IMG/VR virus record: IMGVR_UViG_3300012009_000060
Coordinates: 1 to 53,003 of that record
Length of the DNA stretch: 53,003 nt
Strand: one strand, 5' to 3'
Source: a virus
Taxonomy: Duplodnaviria; Caudoviricetes
Under the pieces are notes generated by a model that was given only the letters and a program-made list of their open reading frames with translations, had not been told where the DNA came from and did no database searches. Of this stretch, positions 45,019 to 53,003 are shown piece by piece. The translations under genes and the position numbers were made by a program. Every line of letters begins with the position of its first letter. Positions within the stretch are counted from its first letter, which is position 1.

Positions 45019-46152
45019 ATGGGAATCAAAGACCTGCGCGCCCCGCGCAAAGCCAAAGCACCACAAGAGGCCGCGACGCCCGAGGAGCCCGAAACCAAAC
45101 TGCCAGCCGCCCAAGAGGAGGAAGACGAAGAGGCCCAACTGGCGGCCCAGCTTGCACGCATTAAGGCCAAGAAGGCTGCGGCTGCCAAAGCGGTAGAACC
45201 CAAGCAGGAGCCCGAGCAGGAGCCCGAGCAGGAGCAGGAGCAGGAGCAGGAGCCCGAGCAGGAGCCCGAGCAGGAGCCCGAGCAGGAGCCCGAGCGGCGG
45301 TACGCACTGGCCGGCCGACTGCCCCCGTCTGGGGCCTTCCAAGCGCTCGTGCAAGCTGGCACGCAACAGACGGGTGCTGGGCTGGATGCGCTGTTGGCGG
45401 GCGACGATGACGACGGTGACTTTTCACTGTTTCCCGAAATCGCGGTGCATGGCGGAGACACCGGGGGCTCGTGGGTCCCTGCGGTCGGTGAAGAGGACGA
45501 GGCATACGACTCCTTGCCGCAGGGCCGGAAGCCAGTACCGGCTGTGTTGCTGTCAGTGCGCGCCGCGGTGACGGCATGGCGCGCGGATAAAGACTCGATG
45601 GGCGACGACAGCGAGAACACGCCAGCGTGGTCGTTCGCGGCCCCGCTCAGCGATTTGCGCACGTTGACGCTGCTGTCACAGGCCACCAAGAAATTCCAGA
45701 TGACAGCGAAAGAAAGCAAGGATAAGTTCGACTGGGATGGCGGCAACGGAACCGGGCGCCCGGTACCGCGTCTCGAACTGCTGGTATGGCTACCTGATGT
45801 CGGGTTGGCCGTGCTGGCTACCCCGCCCACTTACCAGTCGTTCATCGACACAATTCGCAGCTTGCGGCAGAACGTGTGCGACACCAACGGCAATGTCGTT
45901 GCCGGCCCAGTATCGGTCGCGATCAAAACCGATACCAAGCAATCGCGGTCGCGGTCCTGGAAGTCCTACTCGTTTGGGTTTTCCACCCCGCGCGATGGCG
46001 GGGCCGAAATGCTGGAAGCCTTCCAAGCATGGCGCGCCGAGGCGGAAGAGGATGACGAGGTCAACGACAAGTTCGAGCAGTGGACTTCGGCCACTGACCG
46101 CCCGCTGACTGAAGATGCGGTCATGCGCATGGAAATGGTGCGCAAGGCCTAA
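45019..46152 (+). CDS. acidic replication protein, possible ssDNA-binding protein, with EPEQ VNTR
   Basis: AGGAG RBS before ATG 45019; GAGCCCGAGCAG repeats at about 45205-45295; next to the exonuclease; function is positional inference. Confidence 0.5.
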   Translation: MGIKDLRAPRKAKAPQEAATPEEPETKLPAAQEEEDEEAQLAAQLARIKAKKAAAAKAVEPKQEPEQEPEQEQEQEQEPEQEPEQEPEQEPERRYALAGRLPPSGAFQALVQAGTQQTGAGLDALLAGDDDDGDFSLFPEIAVHGGDTGGSWVPAVGEEDEAYDSLPQGRKPVPAVLLSVRAAVTAWRADKDSMGDDSENTPAWSFAAPLSDLRTLTLLSQATKKFQMTAKESKDKFDWDGGNGTGRPVPRLELLVWLPDVGLAVLATPPTYQSFIDTIRSLRQNVCDTNGNVVAGPVSVAIKTDTKQSRSRSWKSYSFGFSTPRDGGAEMLEAFQAWRAEAEEDDEVNDKFEQWTSATDRPLTEDAVMRMEMVRKA

Positions 46153-46243
46153 GACACACCCGGTCTGTCCTGGCCCGCGGCAGAACCACACCCGGACAAG
46201 CGGGCCCCAAACGGAACCAAGCCCCACGCCCGAAGGAAAACAC

Positions 46244-47125
46244 ATGGCTGAAACACAAACTCCGACGCAGAAACGGCACCGCGTTCACTGGCGCCCGCGC
46301 GCAAGCAGTCTGGGATACTACGCTGCGTGCGACGCGCGCGCCTTGTGGGACCGCGAACACGCCCTGGAACTTGAAGCGCTGGGGCTCGAAGAAGAGCGCG
46401 AGCACAAACCAGCTGCTGACCTTGGCACTGTGGAGCACTTTCTATTGCAAGATGGAGTGCGCGCCAAGTTCCCCGGCGACCCGCGGGAGTACGCCCCCGA
46501 TCGGGACACCGTGGAGTGTGCGGCCTCGCTCTTCGGCGGGGACGAGGAGGAGATGTTCCGCATTGCACGTAAAACCGTGACGGCGGCGGCTCCGTGCCTG
46601 CCCGTCCTCCCTGACAAGATTGGATGGCGTGCTGAAGTCGAAATTACTACCGCGCTTCTGTCTGGACACATTGATTTTCTGTCCAGCGATCGCGCTGTCA
46701 TTGTTGACCTGAAAACCACGTCGCGTCCCCCGGAAAACAAGCAAATTAAGCGTGAGCACCTGATTCAGATGTACGCGTACTACCTCTTGGTACGGAACAC
46801 GTGCAAGGTTGCTCCCCTACGCGGGGTGGTGATTTACGTGGACAGTCGCGGCGGCAGCTGGACGTTGCCTATCCATATTGACTTCACCACTCACGAGGCG
46901 GAGGCTTTCGCTGGGGTGGTTCAAGATTACATCCGGTATCTTCGCTCCCGGTCCTTGGAAAAATTCGCCTTCCCGAGGTTGTCCACCAAGTGCAAGGACC
47001 TGTTCTGTCCATACTTTGGCGACTGCCACAAGCTGTTCGTGCCACCGCCGGGTACCATGTCTGAAAAACCCGAGGCCCCCACCATTCGACGTTCGGGGCT
47101 CGCCAGCTTGAAGGAGATGCTGTGA
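46244..47125 (+). CDS. Cas4-like / RecB-family PD-(D/E)XK exonuclease
   Basis: RASS..C, GT..H, GHIDF, VDLKT, Q..AY, C-terminal C...CPY...C (Fe-S pattern). Confidence 0.85.
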   Translation: MAETQTPTQKRHRVHWRPRASSLGYYAACDARALWDREHALELEALGLEEEREHKPAADLGTVEHFLLQDGVRAKFPGDPREYAPDRDTVECAASLFGGDEEEMFRIARKTVTAAAPCLPVLPDKIGWRAEVEITTALLSGHIDFLSSDRAVIVDLKTTSRPPENKQIKREHLIQMYAYYLLVRNTCKVAPLRGVVIYVDSRGGSWTLPIHIDFTTHEAEAFAGVVQDYIRYLRSRSLEKFAFPRLSTKCKDLFCPYFGDCHKLFVPPPGTMSEKPEAPTIRRSGLASLKEML

Positions 47126-47310
47126 CCTTCCCCCTTCGCCTGTCTGCCGAGATGGAACACCAGCTGTCCAACGCAAGCCGCGACACGGGCATCCCGCGTG
47201 TGGTAATCGTGCGCCGCTTGCTGCGCGCGTACCTGGACGGGCGGCGCATTCCCGGCCTCCCGCAACTTAAAACCCCAACCACCGGTGCAAAGGCCGGCGC
47301 CACGACGTAA
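47122..47310 (+). CDS. ribbon-helix-helix DNA-binding protein
   Basis: FPLRLS.E...L...S..TG.PR..IVR.LL..YL; AAGGAG RBS. Confidence 0.65.
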   Translation: MTFPLRLSAEMEHQLSNASRDTGIPRVVIVRRLLRAYLDGRRIPGLPQLKTPTTGAKAGATT

Positions 47311-47320
47311 GGAGTAAACC

Positions 47321-47542
47321 ATGCTGAACGTAGCATCCATCCCAACGCCCAACCCTGACATAGGGTCGCTGTGGTCGCGAAACGGTGTGCTCCTTTACTT
47401 GCACGAGATTTCTTCCGGGTACCAGCTTACCCAGCTGCGTACCGGGCATGCGGTCCGTGTAGGCACGTCCAAGACAGCCCTGGTCGATGGCTGTACGCGT
47501 GTGCGCACGCCGGTTACCGTAGAAAACAAAGCGGAGGCCTAA
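47321..47542 (+). CDS. hypothetical protein, 73 aa
   Basis: AAGGAG RBS. Confidence 0.55.
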   Translation: MLNVASIPTPNPDIGSLWSRNGVLLYLHEISSGYQLTQLRTGHAVRVGTSKTALVDGCTRVRTPVTVENKAEA

Positions 47543-47544
47543 GC

Positions 47545-47922
47545 ATGAAAGCGTTTTTCCGAGAGCTGTTGCGCCGCCAGTGGCACCTTGAAAAGCTCGT
47601 CGTAACAACTGCCATCAGAGAGATGCTGTGCCTCCATCGGTGGCACCTCGAAACGCACAACGTAACAACTGCCAGCGGCGTCACAATCACTCTGGCGTTT
47701 AAGTGGTGCGGTAAGTGCGGCGCGTTGCGGCAGGTGCTCGTGTACGATGAGAACAAACCCAACAACCGCCGCTGGTTTCTCCCGTCGCATCCGCCATCTG
47801 ACATGAAACCACCGGCGCTTGAGCGCTACAGCGGAAGGGAAGGTTCACCATGGGACTTGACACGACACACGACTGTTGGAGCGGACCATACACCGCGTTC
47901 ATGCAATGGCGCCGCACACTAG
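47545..47922 (+). CDS. hypothetical protein with C-x-H-x-W...CxxC metal-binding pattern
   Basis: GGAGG RBS before ATG 47545; internal duplication WHLE...VTTA; 3' end overlaps the next gene. Confidence 0.45.
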   Translation: MKAFFRELLRRQWHLEKLVVTTAIREMLCLHRWHLETHNVTTASGVTITLAFKWCGKCGALRQVLVYDENKPNNRRWFLPSHPPSDMKPPALERYSGREGSPWDLTRHTTVGADHTPRSCNGAAH

Positions 47923-48200
47923 CACACGCTGCCGGCATGCCACCGCTAGAGCGGATAGAAGGGTATACCCAGCACGATCCTATCCGCTGGGAATGGCTCC
48001 CGCCCTCCCCGCTGCACGTGCTGCTGAACCACAGCGATTGTGAGGGTGAAATACCGGCAGAAGCATGCGAAGAGCTGGCTGATGCGCTTGAGGCGCTGCT
48101 GCCAAACTTGCGGAAGGGCTACTGGCAGGAGAGAACACGGCGGTTTATCAAGGGCCTCCGACTCGCTGCTGCCGCGGGCGAGCCAGTCAAATTTCACTGA
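47850..48200 (+). CDS. conserved phage hypothetical protein (HSDC[D/E]G family)
   Basis: MGLD...WSG.Y..F..WR...LLNHSDCEGEI pattern. Confidence 0.7.
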   Translation: MGLDTTHDCWSGPYTAFMQWRRTLAHAAGMPPLERIEGYTQHDPIRWEWLPPSPLHVLLNHSDCEGEIPAEACEELADALEALLPNLRKGYWQERTRRFIKGLRLAAAAGEPVKFH

Positions 48201-48216
48201 ACACACGGAGAAGACA

Positions 48217-48714
48217 ATGAGCAAGAAGTTTTACACTCCCGAATCCCTCGACCTGCGAGGCTGCACGGTACGCCTGCGTGGGCAGGCTGGTGAAGAAAGC
48301 CCGGTCGTCACGATACCGAAGGACGCGCACCAGGAGTCAGGTCTTGGCTATGATTATATCGTTTACCTATGGAGCGGCGGCTCTGCGTTTCAGAATTTGC
48401 CCGGCTGCCGTGCGCTAAGCTCCGAGGACGTGGTCGAGATCCTGCCGTCCTCCCCGCCTGAGCCTAAAGAGGAGAAGAAGGCAACTGAATGGCAGTTTGA
48501 CTTTAGCAAGGAGCCATGCCCAGCATCTGGGGCCGAAGTTGCTGACTGGGCAGTAGAAACATGCAAAGAGCTGTTTGCCGTTCTGTTGCGGATCGCGCAA
48601 ATGGGATGCGACGGCGGGGTTTGCGCGAACTCCCTTGACGTATGCCTGGATATGCGGCAGGCGGCGGTAGACGCCGTCAGAACCTACGGCCGGCAACTTA
48701 CCGGCAACGAGTAG
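48217..48714 (+). CDS. hypothetical protein
   Basis: GGAG RBS before ATG 48217. Confidence 0.55.
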   Translation: MSKKFYTPESLDLRGCTVRLRGQAGEESPVVTIPKDAHQESGLGYDYIVYLWSGGSAFQNLPGCRALSSEDVVEILPSSPPEPKEEKKATEWQFDFSKEPCPASGAEVADWAVETCKELFAVLLRIAQMGCDGGVCANSLDVCLDMRQAAVDAVRTYGRQLTGNE

Positions 48715-48719
48715 CAACC

Positions 48720-49022
48720 ATGCGCAGCGAAACGATAGCCATTGATTGTGACTTGCGCCGGCTTCATGCCTGGGGCACGGGGTGCCGGCGCGTGTGCTAC
48801 AACGCCCCGCTGGCCCAAGCTATCAAGCACCTGCAGGCGCGGCGCGCCGCTGTTACTGACCTGGTGGTGTTGTTTGAAATTGCATCCCCTATTGTTTACG
48901 ACGCTGCCGGCATGCCACCGCTAGAGCGGATAGAAGGGTATACCCACGATGGCACAACAAGGGTCGGGTGCGGCAAGTGGCCGTATCCTGCTAACACCGG
49001 CAATCAGCCGCCAAGCCCTTAG
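48720..49022 (+). pseudogene. chimeric ORF built from duplicated fragments
   Basis: 48712-48900 copies 49449-49637; 48901-48946 copies 47926-47971. Confidence 0.7.
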
Positions 49023-49063
49023 AATCACGGGCGCGTAGCGGCCCGTGCATTCGCTTGTTGGGC
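48989..49063 (-). mobile_element. integron attC-like recombination site, probably composite
   Basis: Minus strand: R'' GCCCAAC, 5 nt, L'' AATGCACG, hairpin, L' CGTGATT; then a second right arm GCTGATT, 6 nt, GTTAGCA. Confidence 0.55.
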
Positions 49064-49087
49064 GGGAGCCCACGAAAGGAGTAAGGA

Positions 49088-49423
49088 ATGGAAAACAAAG
49101 AGCGCGAGGCAACCGAAGCGCGTAAGGCCCTCGGACTGCCGCTCCCACAGACCTGCGGAGCCTTGAGTAGGCTGATCGGCCCCCGAACGGAGAAAGACCG
49201 ACCGTGGAGGGAGTACCCTATCGGGACGAAGGCGCACGCCTTCATGGGCGGGTATTGGGTGCGAGTTGAACAAGGCTGGAAATGGCACGTAGGATCGACC
49301 TTCCCGCGGCCGGGCGATGACGCCATCGGCATGTGTATTGAGATGCCCAACAACCTGGTTCATGAAAGGAACCACACCATGGAAATAGCGAAGGACCCTC
49401 ACCCGGCGCGCCGGGTGACTTGA
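49088..49423 (+). CDS. hypothetical protein, cassette-like
   Basis: AAGGA RBS; EYPIGTKA...GG.W...GWKW..GSTFP.PG; bounded by GTTGGGC and GCCCAAC. Confidence 0.6.
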   Translation: MENKEREATEARKALGLPLPQTCGALSRLIGPRTEKDRPWREYPIGTKAHAFMGGYWVRVEQGWKWHVGSTFPRPGDDAIGMCIEMPNNLVHERNHTMEIAKDPHPARRVT

Positions 49424-49456
49424 TCGCGCCTGGACCAGGACAGGAGAATAGCAACC

Positions 49457-49912
49457 ATGCGCAGCGAAACGATAGCCATTGATTGTGATTTGCGCCGGCT
49501 TCATGCCTGGGGCACGGGGTGCGGGCGCGTGTGCTACAACGCCTCGCTGGCGCAAGCTATCAAGCACTTACAGGCGCGGCGCGCCGCTGTTACTGACCTG
49601 GTGGTGTTGTTTGAAATTGCGTCCCCTATTGTTTACGGCAGTGCGCAGGAAGCGCGAGAGCGCGCCTACAACACCATGCGGTGGGCAATTTATAACGCTT
49701 TCGCTGCTGGGCGCATTGCCGCGGTCTTTCCCGGCTTGCTCGTAGCCCCGTCGTCGGCCTGGACCGAGAGCCACAGCGAAAAACAACGCCACGCCATGGC
49801 TGCCACTACTGCCTCCAACCACGATTTGCGCGAGTGTCAGGCCATGCTTTCGTTTTACCGCCGTAATCCTGTAAAATGGGTACCATACCACGCGTACCTG
49901 GAGAAACTATGA
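49457..49912 (+). CDS. possible RuvC-like Holliday junction resolvase
   Basis: IAID...VLFE...PSSAW...HD residue spacing; AGGAG RBS. Confidence 0.45.
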   Translation: MRSETIAIDCDLRRLHAWGTGCGRVCYNASLAQAIKHLQARRAAVTDLVVLFEIASPIVYGSAQEARERAYNTMRWAIYNAFAAGRIAAVFPGLLVAPSSAWTESHSEKQRHAMAATTASNHDLRECQAMLSFYRRNPVKWVPYHAYLEKL

Positions 49913-50322
49913 GCCATGGCGAACCACTACCTTCACACTCTGCGCGTTCGGCTCCTGGCCGTGCAACCGTAGACCCCGTGTCAACCGACTCCACGCCCCC
50001 CGCTGAAGACTTCGCGAGTATCGTTGCCAGCACTACCAGCAGACGGGGGAAGGACTACGGCACCCGCTTGGGCCACTTCGGGTGTTGCGGCGCCATGATG
50101 TCGATTTGGCGCCAGACCCGTGCACAGTACCTGCGCGAAGGGCGCGTAGAGCAGCTGCCCGACGATTTGGAATTCGCGCTAGAACATTGCGTGCACATCA
50201 TATGTGATAAGCTGGCACGAGCCGCGGCCAGTCCGCTTAAGCGGGACCATTGGGTCGATACCGCCGGGTACGCCGACTGCTTCACGGGGGCGTGCGAAGA
50301 AGCTGCCGTGGAGATGGAGTAG
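49909..50322 (+). CDS. DUF6378-like protein
   Basis: RGKDYG...F...W...KLAR...DHWVD.AGYA pattern; start ATG 49909 (ATGA coupling). Confidence 0.7.
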   Translation: MSHGEPLPSHSARSAPGRATVDPVSTDSTPPAEDFASIVASTTSRRGKDYGTRLGHFGCCGAMMSIWRQTRAQYLREGRVEQLPDDLEFALEHCVHIICDKLARAAASPLKRDHWVDTAGYADCFTGACEEAAVEME

Positions 50323-53003
50323 CTACCGTATCCCTAGGGTCTTTGCCGGGCCTTCTTCGGTAAGGCGCAGCATGTCCCGGATGGGGGCGATGCTGTCCAT
50401 GAAGATCCGCAAGCGGTCTTCGCCTTCCTCCGCTTCGAACTGGTCCAGAAGGGCCCGGGCAATGGGGCTGGCCTTGAGGATTTCCGAAAGCTTGCCGCCG
50501 CGGTAGACCAGCGGCGTGACGAGCTGTCGCCCGGGCATCATGTCTCGCAACAGCATAGCCCCGGCATCGTTGAGTGCAGACGCGGCGCCCCCCGCATCGC
50601 CGTCAAACAGTGCCGTTGCCCAGCGCCCTTGCAGCGCCACCCAAGTGCCCAGTAACGGGATGCGGGCAAAGTTGACCCCGGCGAAGTCCCCGGCCGCCAG
50701 GCGCTCCAGTTCCTCATCGTCAAGGAAGGCGCGCAGCAGCGCCGGGACTACAAAGGTCATCGCGGTTGAGCGCGCCACCTGGTTGATGATGCGCCGGCGG
50801 TTTGCGGCCGAGGGTTCCGACGAAAACCGCGCGAGGTCCTGCAGGAGGGCCGCGTAGCTGACGGCGGGGGAGTACCGCAACCCCAGTTCACCGCCCCGGA
50901 TGGCGCCGCGAAGAACAGGGAAGAAGGTACCGCCCATGGCCCGCCCAAACGGGCCCTCAGAACGGCGCGCGGCATCCTCCAGTGTCGCAACCATTGCCCC
51001 TACCTTGGTTGTGCGGTTAAACGGGCGCTGGGCGCCGGCGTCTTTCAGCTCGCCGGCAATGAGGTCTTTGGTTTCCTGCGACATCGTGTCGACGTTAGAT
51101 TCCCGTGCTACAATAGCGTCATACTCCGACGTTCCCCGCGCAGCGGTGCGGGCGGCCACGGTGTGCGGGACGGTGGCCATCAGGTATGCCATCAGCGGCA
51201 CTTGGGCCACCTGGTCCGCGGCACCGTACAGGCGGCCGGCCAGCTCGGTCGTGGTGCGTGCCATGCGCGGGATTATGCTTTCGGACACCCCGAATACCGT
51301 TTCGGCGTCTGTCAGTGCCCGGCCCTGTTCCAGGGCCTCAAGCTGAACTCCCCGCGGATCCCCTACAATCTTGTTCAGCGTCCACGACCCTTGTCGGGCA
51401 AACGTCGTCAGCACGGCCCTCGGGATTGATGCCAGAGCGCGCGCCGCCGCAACATCCGCACGAAGCGCTTCGCGCAGTGACGGCACCCCCGGAATTGGGC
51501 GCCCAAGCGCCGCAGCGATTTCCCCGCTCACAGCCATAGAATTCTGGGTAAGGATTTCCATGGGGGCAACCGCGGCCGCCGAAAACGCGACACGGGTCGC
51601 ACCTACCGCGCCCAGTACCATGCTGCGCGATAGCAGGCTCACAGCCGCCGCTATCCGGTCCGCGGTGCCTATCTCGGCCATGGCCGCCGTGTTGAGTGCC
51701 AGCCCCCAGGCGCCGTCATCAGCACCCATTGCCAGCATGTCCCATGAAATGCCGTTGCGCTCCAGCGCTTCGGTGTAGCGCACCCACCGCCGGGCCCGCA
51801 GCTGCTCGCGAAGCTGGTCCCCGGCTTCGCTGCCCTGCTCCTGCGTGCGGCGGGCCACTTTCTGTTCTTCGCTCTGGCTCAGCCGTCGCACCTGGTCTTG
51901 AATGCGGTGTAGGCGGATTTCGGGGGCCTCTTCCATCAGGGCTTTGTTGGTCTGCAAGCCTTGCCCTTGCAACGAGGCGTTACGGCTCGCCAGCTCAGCA
52001 GCGGTTTCGACAAGTTCCCCCAGGCGGGTAGGATCGCCGCGTCCGCGACGCAGGGCCGAAGAGTGCCGCGTACTCAGCCGGGAACGTGCTTGGCCAAGGG
52101 CAAAGGTTTCTTGTGGGGTGAGGGCACGGCCCACCGTGACCATTTCCTGGACATACTCGACCATGGCTTCCGGGCCGCCGATGACTTCCAGGAACAGCGC
52201 CCCCTCTTCGGCTGCTTCCACGTTGCTGAGGTAGTCGACCCGGCCGCGCTCCACCGCGGGAGGCACCAGTATGGTTTCCTCCGCCGAATGCGGCAGCACC
52301 GACCGTACCGCAGCGAACACGTCCTCGCGCCCCACCGGCGCGTCAGGGCCGCCGCCATTCTGGGCCTGGTTGAACAAGTCCGCGGCGTCTTCGGCTGCCT
52401 TGGCTACGGCCGCATCGAACTTGGCACGGGCGAACTCGGGAGTGGAAGCCGCCAGCTTGCGCAGCTGGTGCAGGCGGGTCAGCAAGCGGCGCGCGTCTGC
52501 CCGTATAGCGGTCTGGCCAGCACCCTCTGCCAGTTCGGCGGTAGACCTGGCCACTTCCTGCGCGCGGTTAATCTTCAGGATCAGCTCGGCTTTTCCCGCC
52601 GTGTTGAGCCGCATATCCGCGTCTTCGGCTTGCTGTTCGGCGCGGGTCGCCGCGGCATCCTCCTGCTCGGGCACCCCAGCATCTTCGGACTGAATGGAAG
52701 CAATGTTGCGCGCCAGCTGCTTGCGGAAGGCCTTGGCTTCCTTGGTCCCTAATCGGGCCTCAGCCATTGCCAACCGGTCTTCGCGCTCGCGCCCCCGCGC
52801 TTCTTTCTCGCGACGCAGTTCGGCCTGCGCCTGGCGAGTCCGGGCCGCTTCCGCCTCCTTCTCTTGGGCGGTTTGCTCCCGGACTTCTTGCTGGCGGGCC
52901 CGTTCTGCAACAGTATCCAACCCCACTTCTTCGCGTAGGCGCCGAAGTTCGGCTTGCGCCTGGCGAGTCCGGGCCGCTTCCGCTTCCTTCTCCTGGTTGG
53001 TCT
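50323..53003 (-). CDS. C-terminal part of the giant internal-virion protein (continues from 1-2006)
   Basis: The frame of ORF 50323..52926 stays open to the window end, and its 32-aa repeat matches the translation at the window start. Confidence 0.75.
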   Translation of the reverse strand, partial: TNQEKEAEAARTRQAQAELRRLREEVGLDTVAERARQQEVREQTAQEKEAEAARTRQAQAELRREKEARGREREDRLAMAEARLGTKEAKAFRKQLARNIASIQSEDAGVPEQEDAAATRAEQQAEDADMRLNTAGKAELILKINRAQEVARSTAELAEGAGQTAIRADARRLLTRLHQLRKLAASTPEFARAKFDAAVAKAAEDAADLFNQAQNGGGPDAPVGREDVFAAVRSVLPHSAEETILVPPAVERGRVDYLSNVEAAEEGALFLEVIGGPEAMVEYVQEMVTVGRALTPQETFALGQARSRLSTRHSSALRRGRGDPTRLGELVETAAELASRNASLQGQGLQTNKALMEEAPEIRLHRIQDQVRRLSQSEEQKVARRTQEQGSEAGDQLREQLRARRWVRYTEALERNGISWDMLAMGADDGAWGLALNTAAMAEIGTADRIAAAVSLLSRSMVLGAVGATRVAFSAAAVAPMEILTQNSMAVSGEIAAALGRPIPGVPSLREALRADVAAARALASIPRAVLTTFARQGSWTLNKIVGDPRGVQLEALEQGRALTDAETVFGVSESIIPRMARTTTELAGRLYGAADQVAQVPLMAYLMATVPHTVAARTAARGTSEYDAIVARESNVDTMSQETKDLIAGELKDAGAQRPFNRTTKVGAMVATLEDAARRSEGPFGRAMGGTFFPVLRGAIRGGELGLRYSPAVSYAALLQDLARFSSEPSAANRRRIINQVARSTAMTFVVPALLRAFLDDEELERLAAGDFAGVNFARIPLLGTWVALQGRWATALFDGDAGGAASALNDAGAMLLRDMMPGRQLVTPLVYRGGKLSEILKASPIARALLDQFEAEEGEDRLRIFMDSIAPIRDMLRLTEEGPAKTLGIR

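Noticed and set aside
45205-45295. EPEQ repeat as a functional array
   Set aside because: Ordinary in-frame low-complexity linker VNTR, like the one in the scaffold gene
46244-47125. Cas4-like gene as evidence of a CRISPR-Cas system
   Set aside because: Solo Cas4-like exonucleases are common in phage replication modules; no cas1, cas2 or effector genes
48700-48716. GGCAAC-GAGTAG at the end of ORF 48217 as another attC remnant
   Set aside because: Does not fit RYYYAAC and has no L box; too short to support
48712-49637. Near-identical repeat pair as a DGR template/variable repeat
   Set aside because: Mismatches are mostly C/T and C/G rather than adenine-specific, and no reverse transcriptase is present
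1-53003. tRNA, rRNA, integrase, transposase and introns
   Set aside because: None recognised by eye; tRNAscan-SE and HMM searches are needed to exclude them formally

Overview
The window is an essentially complete, circularly permuted ~53 kb genome of a GC-rich, probably podovirus-like tailed phage. All calls come from reading motifs and synteny by eye; no database search was run. (1) A minus-strand virion operon runs from 25982 to 1 and continues at 53003 to 50323: terS, terL, a degenerate HNH, a Maf/sialyltransferase-like glycosyltransferase, a tail fibre, portal, scaffold, major capsid, adaptor, tail proteins, ejection proteins and a ~1560-aa HExxH protein split by the window ends. (2) A repeat-rich, partly AT-rich control region (25983-27287) holds three CRISPR-like repeats. 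(3) A plus-strand array of small early genes (27288-35722) has shared AC-rich leaders and several interleaved paralogue families. (4) A minus-strand operon encodes a P-loop NTPase and a methyltransferase. (5) A plus-strand replication operon encodes PolA, an XRE HTH, an SF2 helicase, HIRAN, a Cas4-like nuclease, a RuvC-like protein and a DUF6378-like protein. I recognised no integrase, endolysin, tRNA or reverse transcriptase. The most unusual signals are integron attC-like sites and half-sites antisense to accessory genes, repeat-bounded gene and domain cassettes, the paralogue array with G4-capable spacers, a CRISPR-like mini-repeat and a candidate anti-RBS small RNA.
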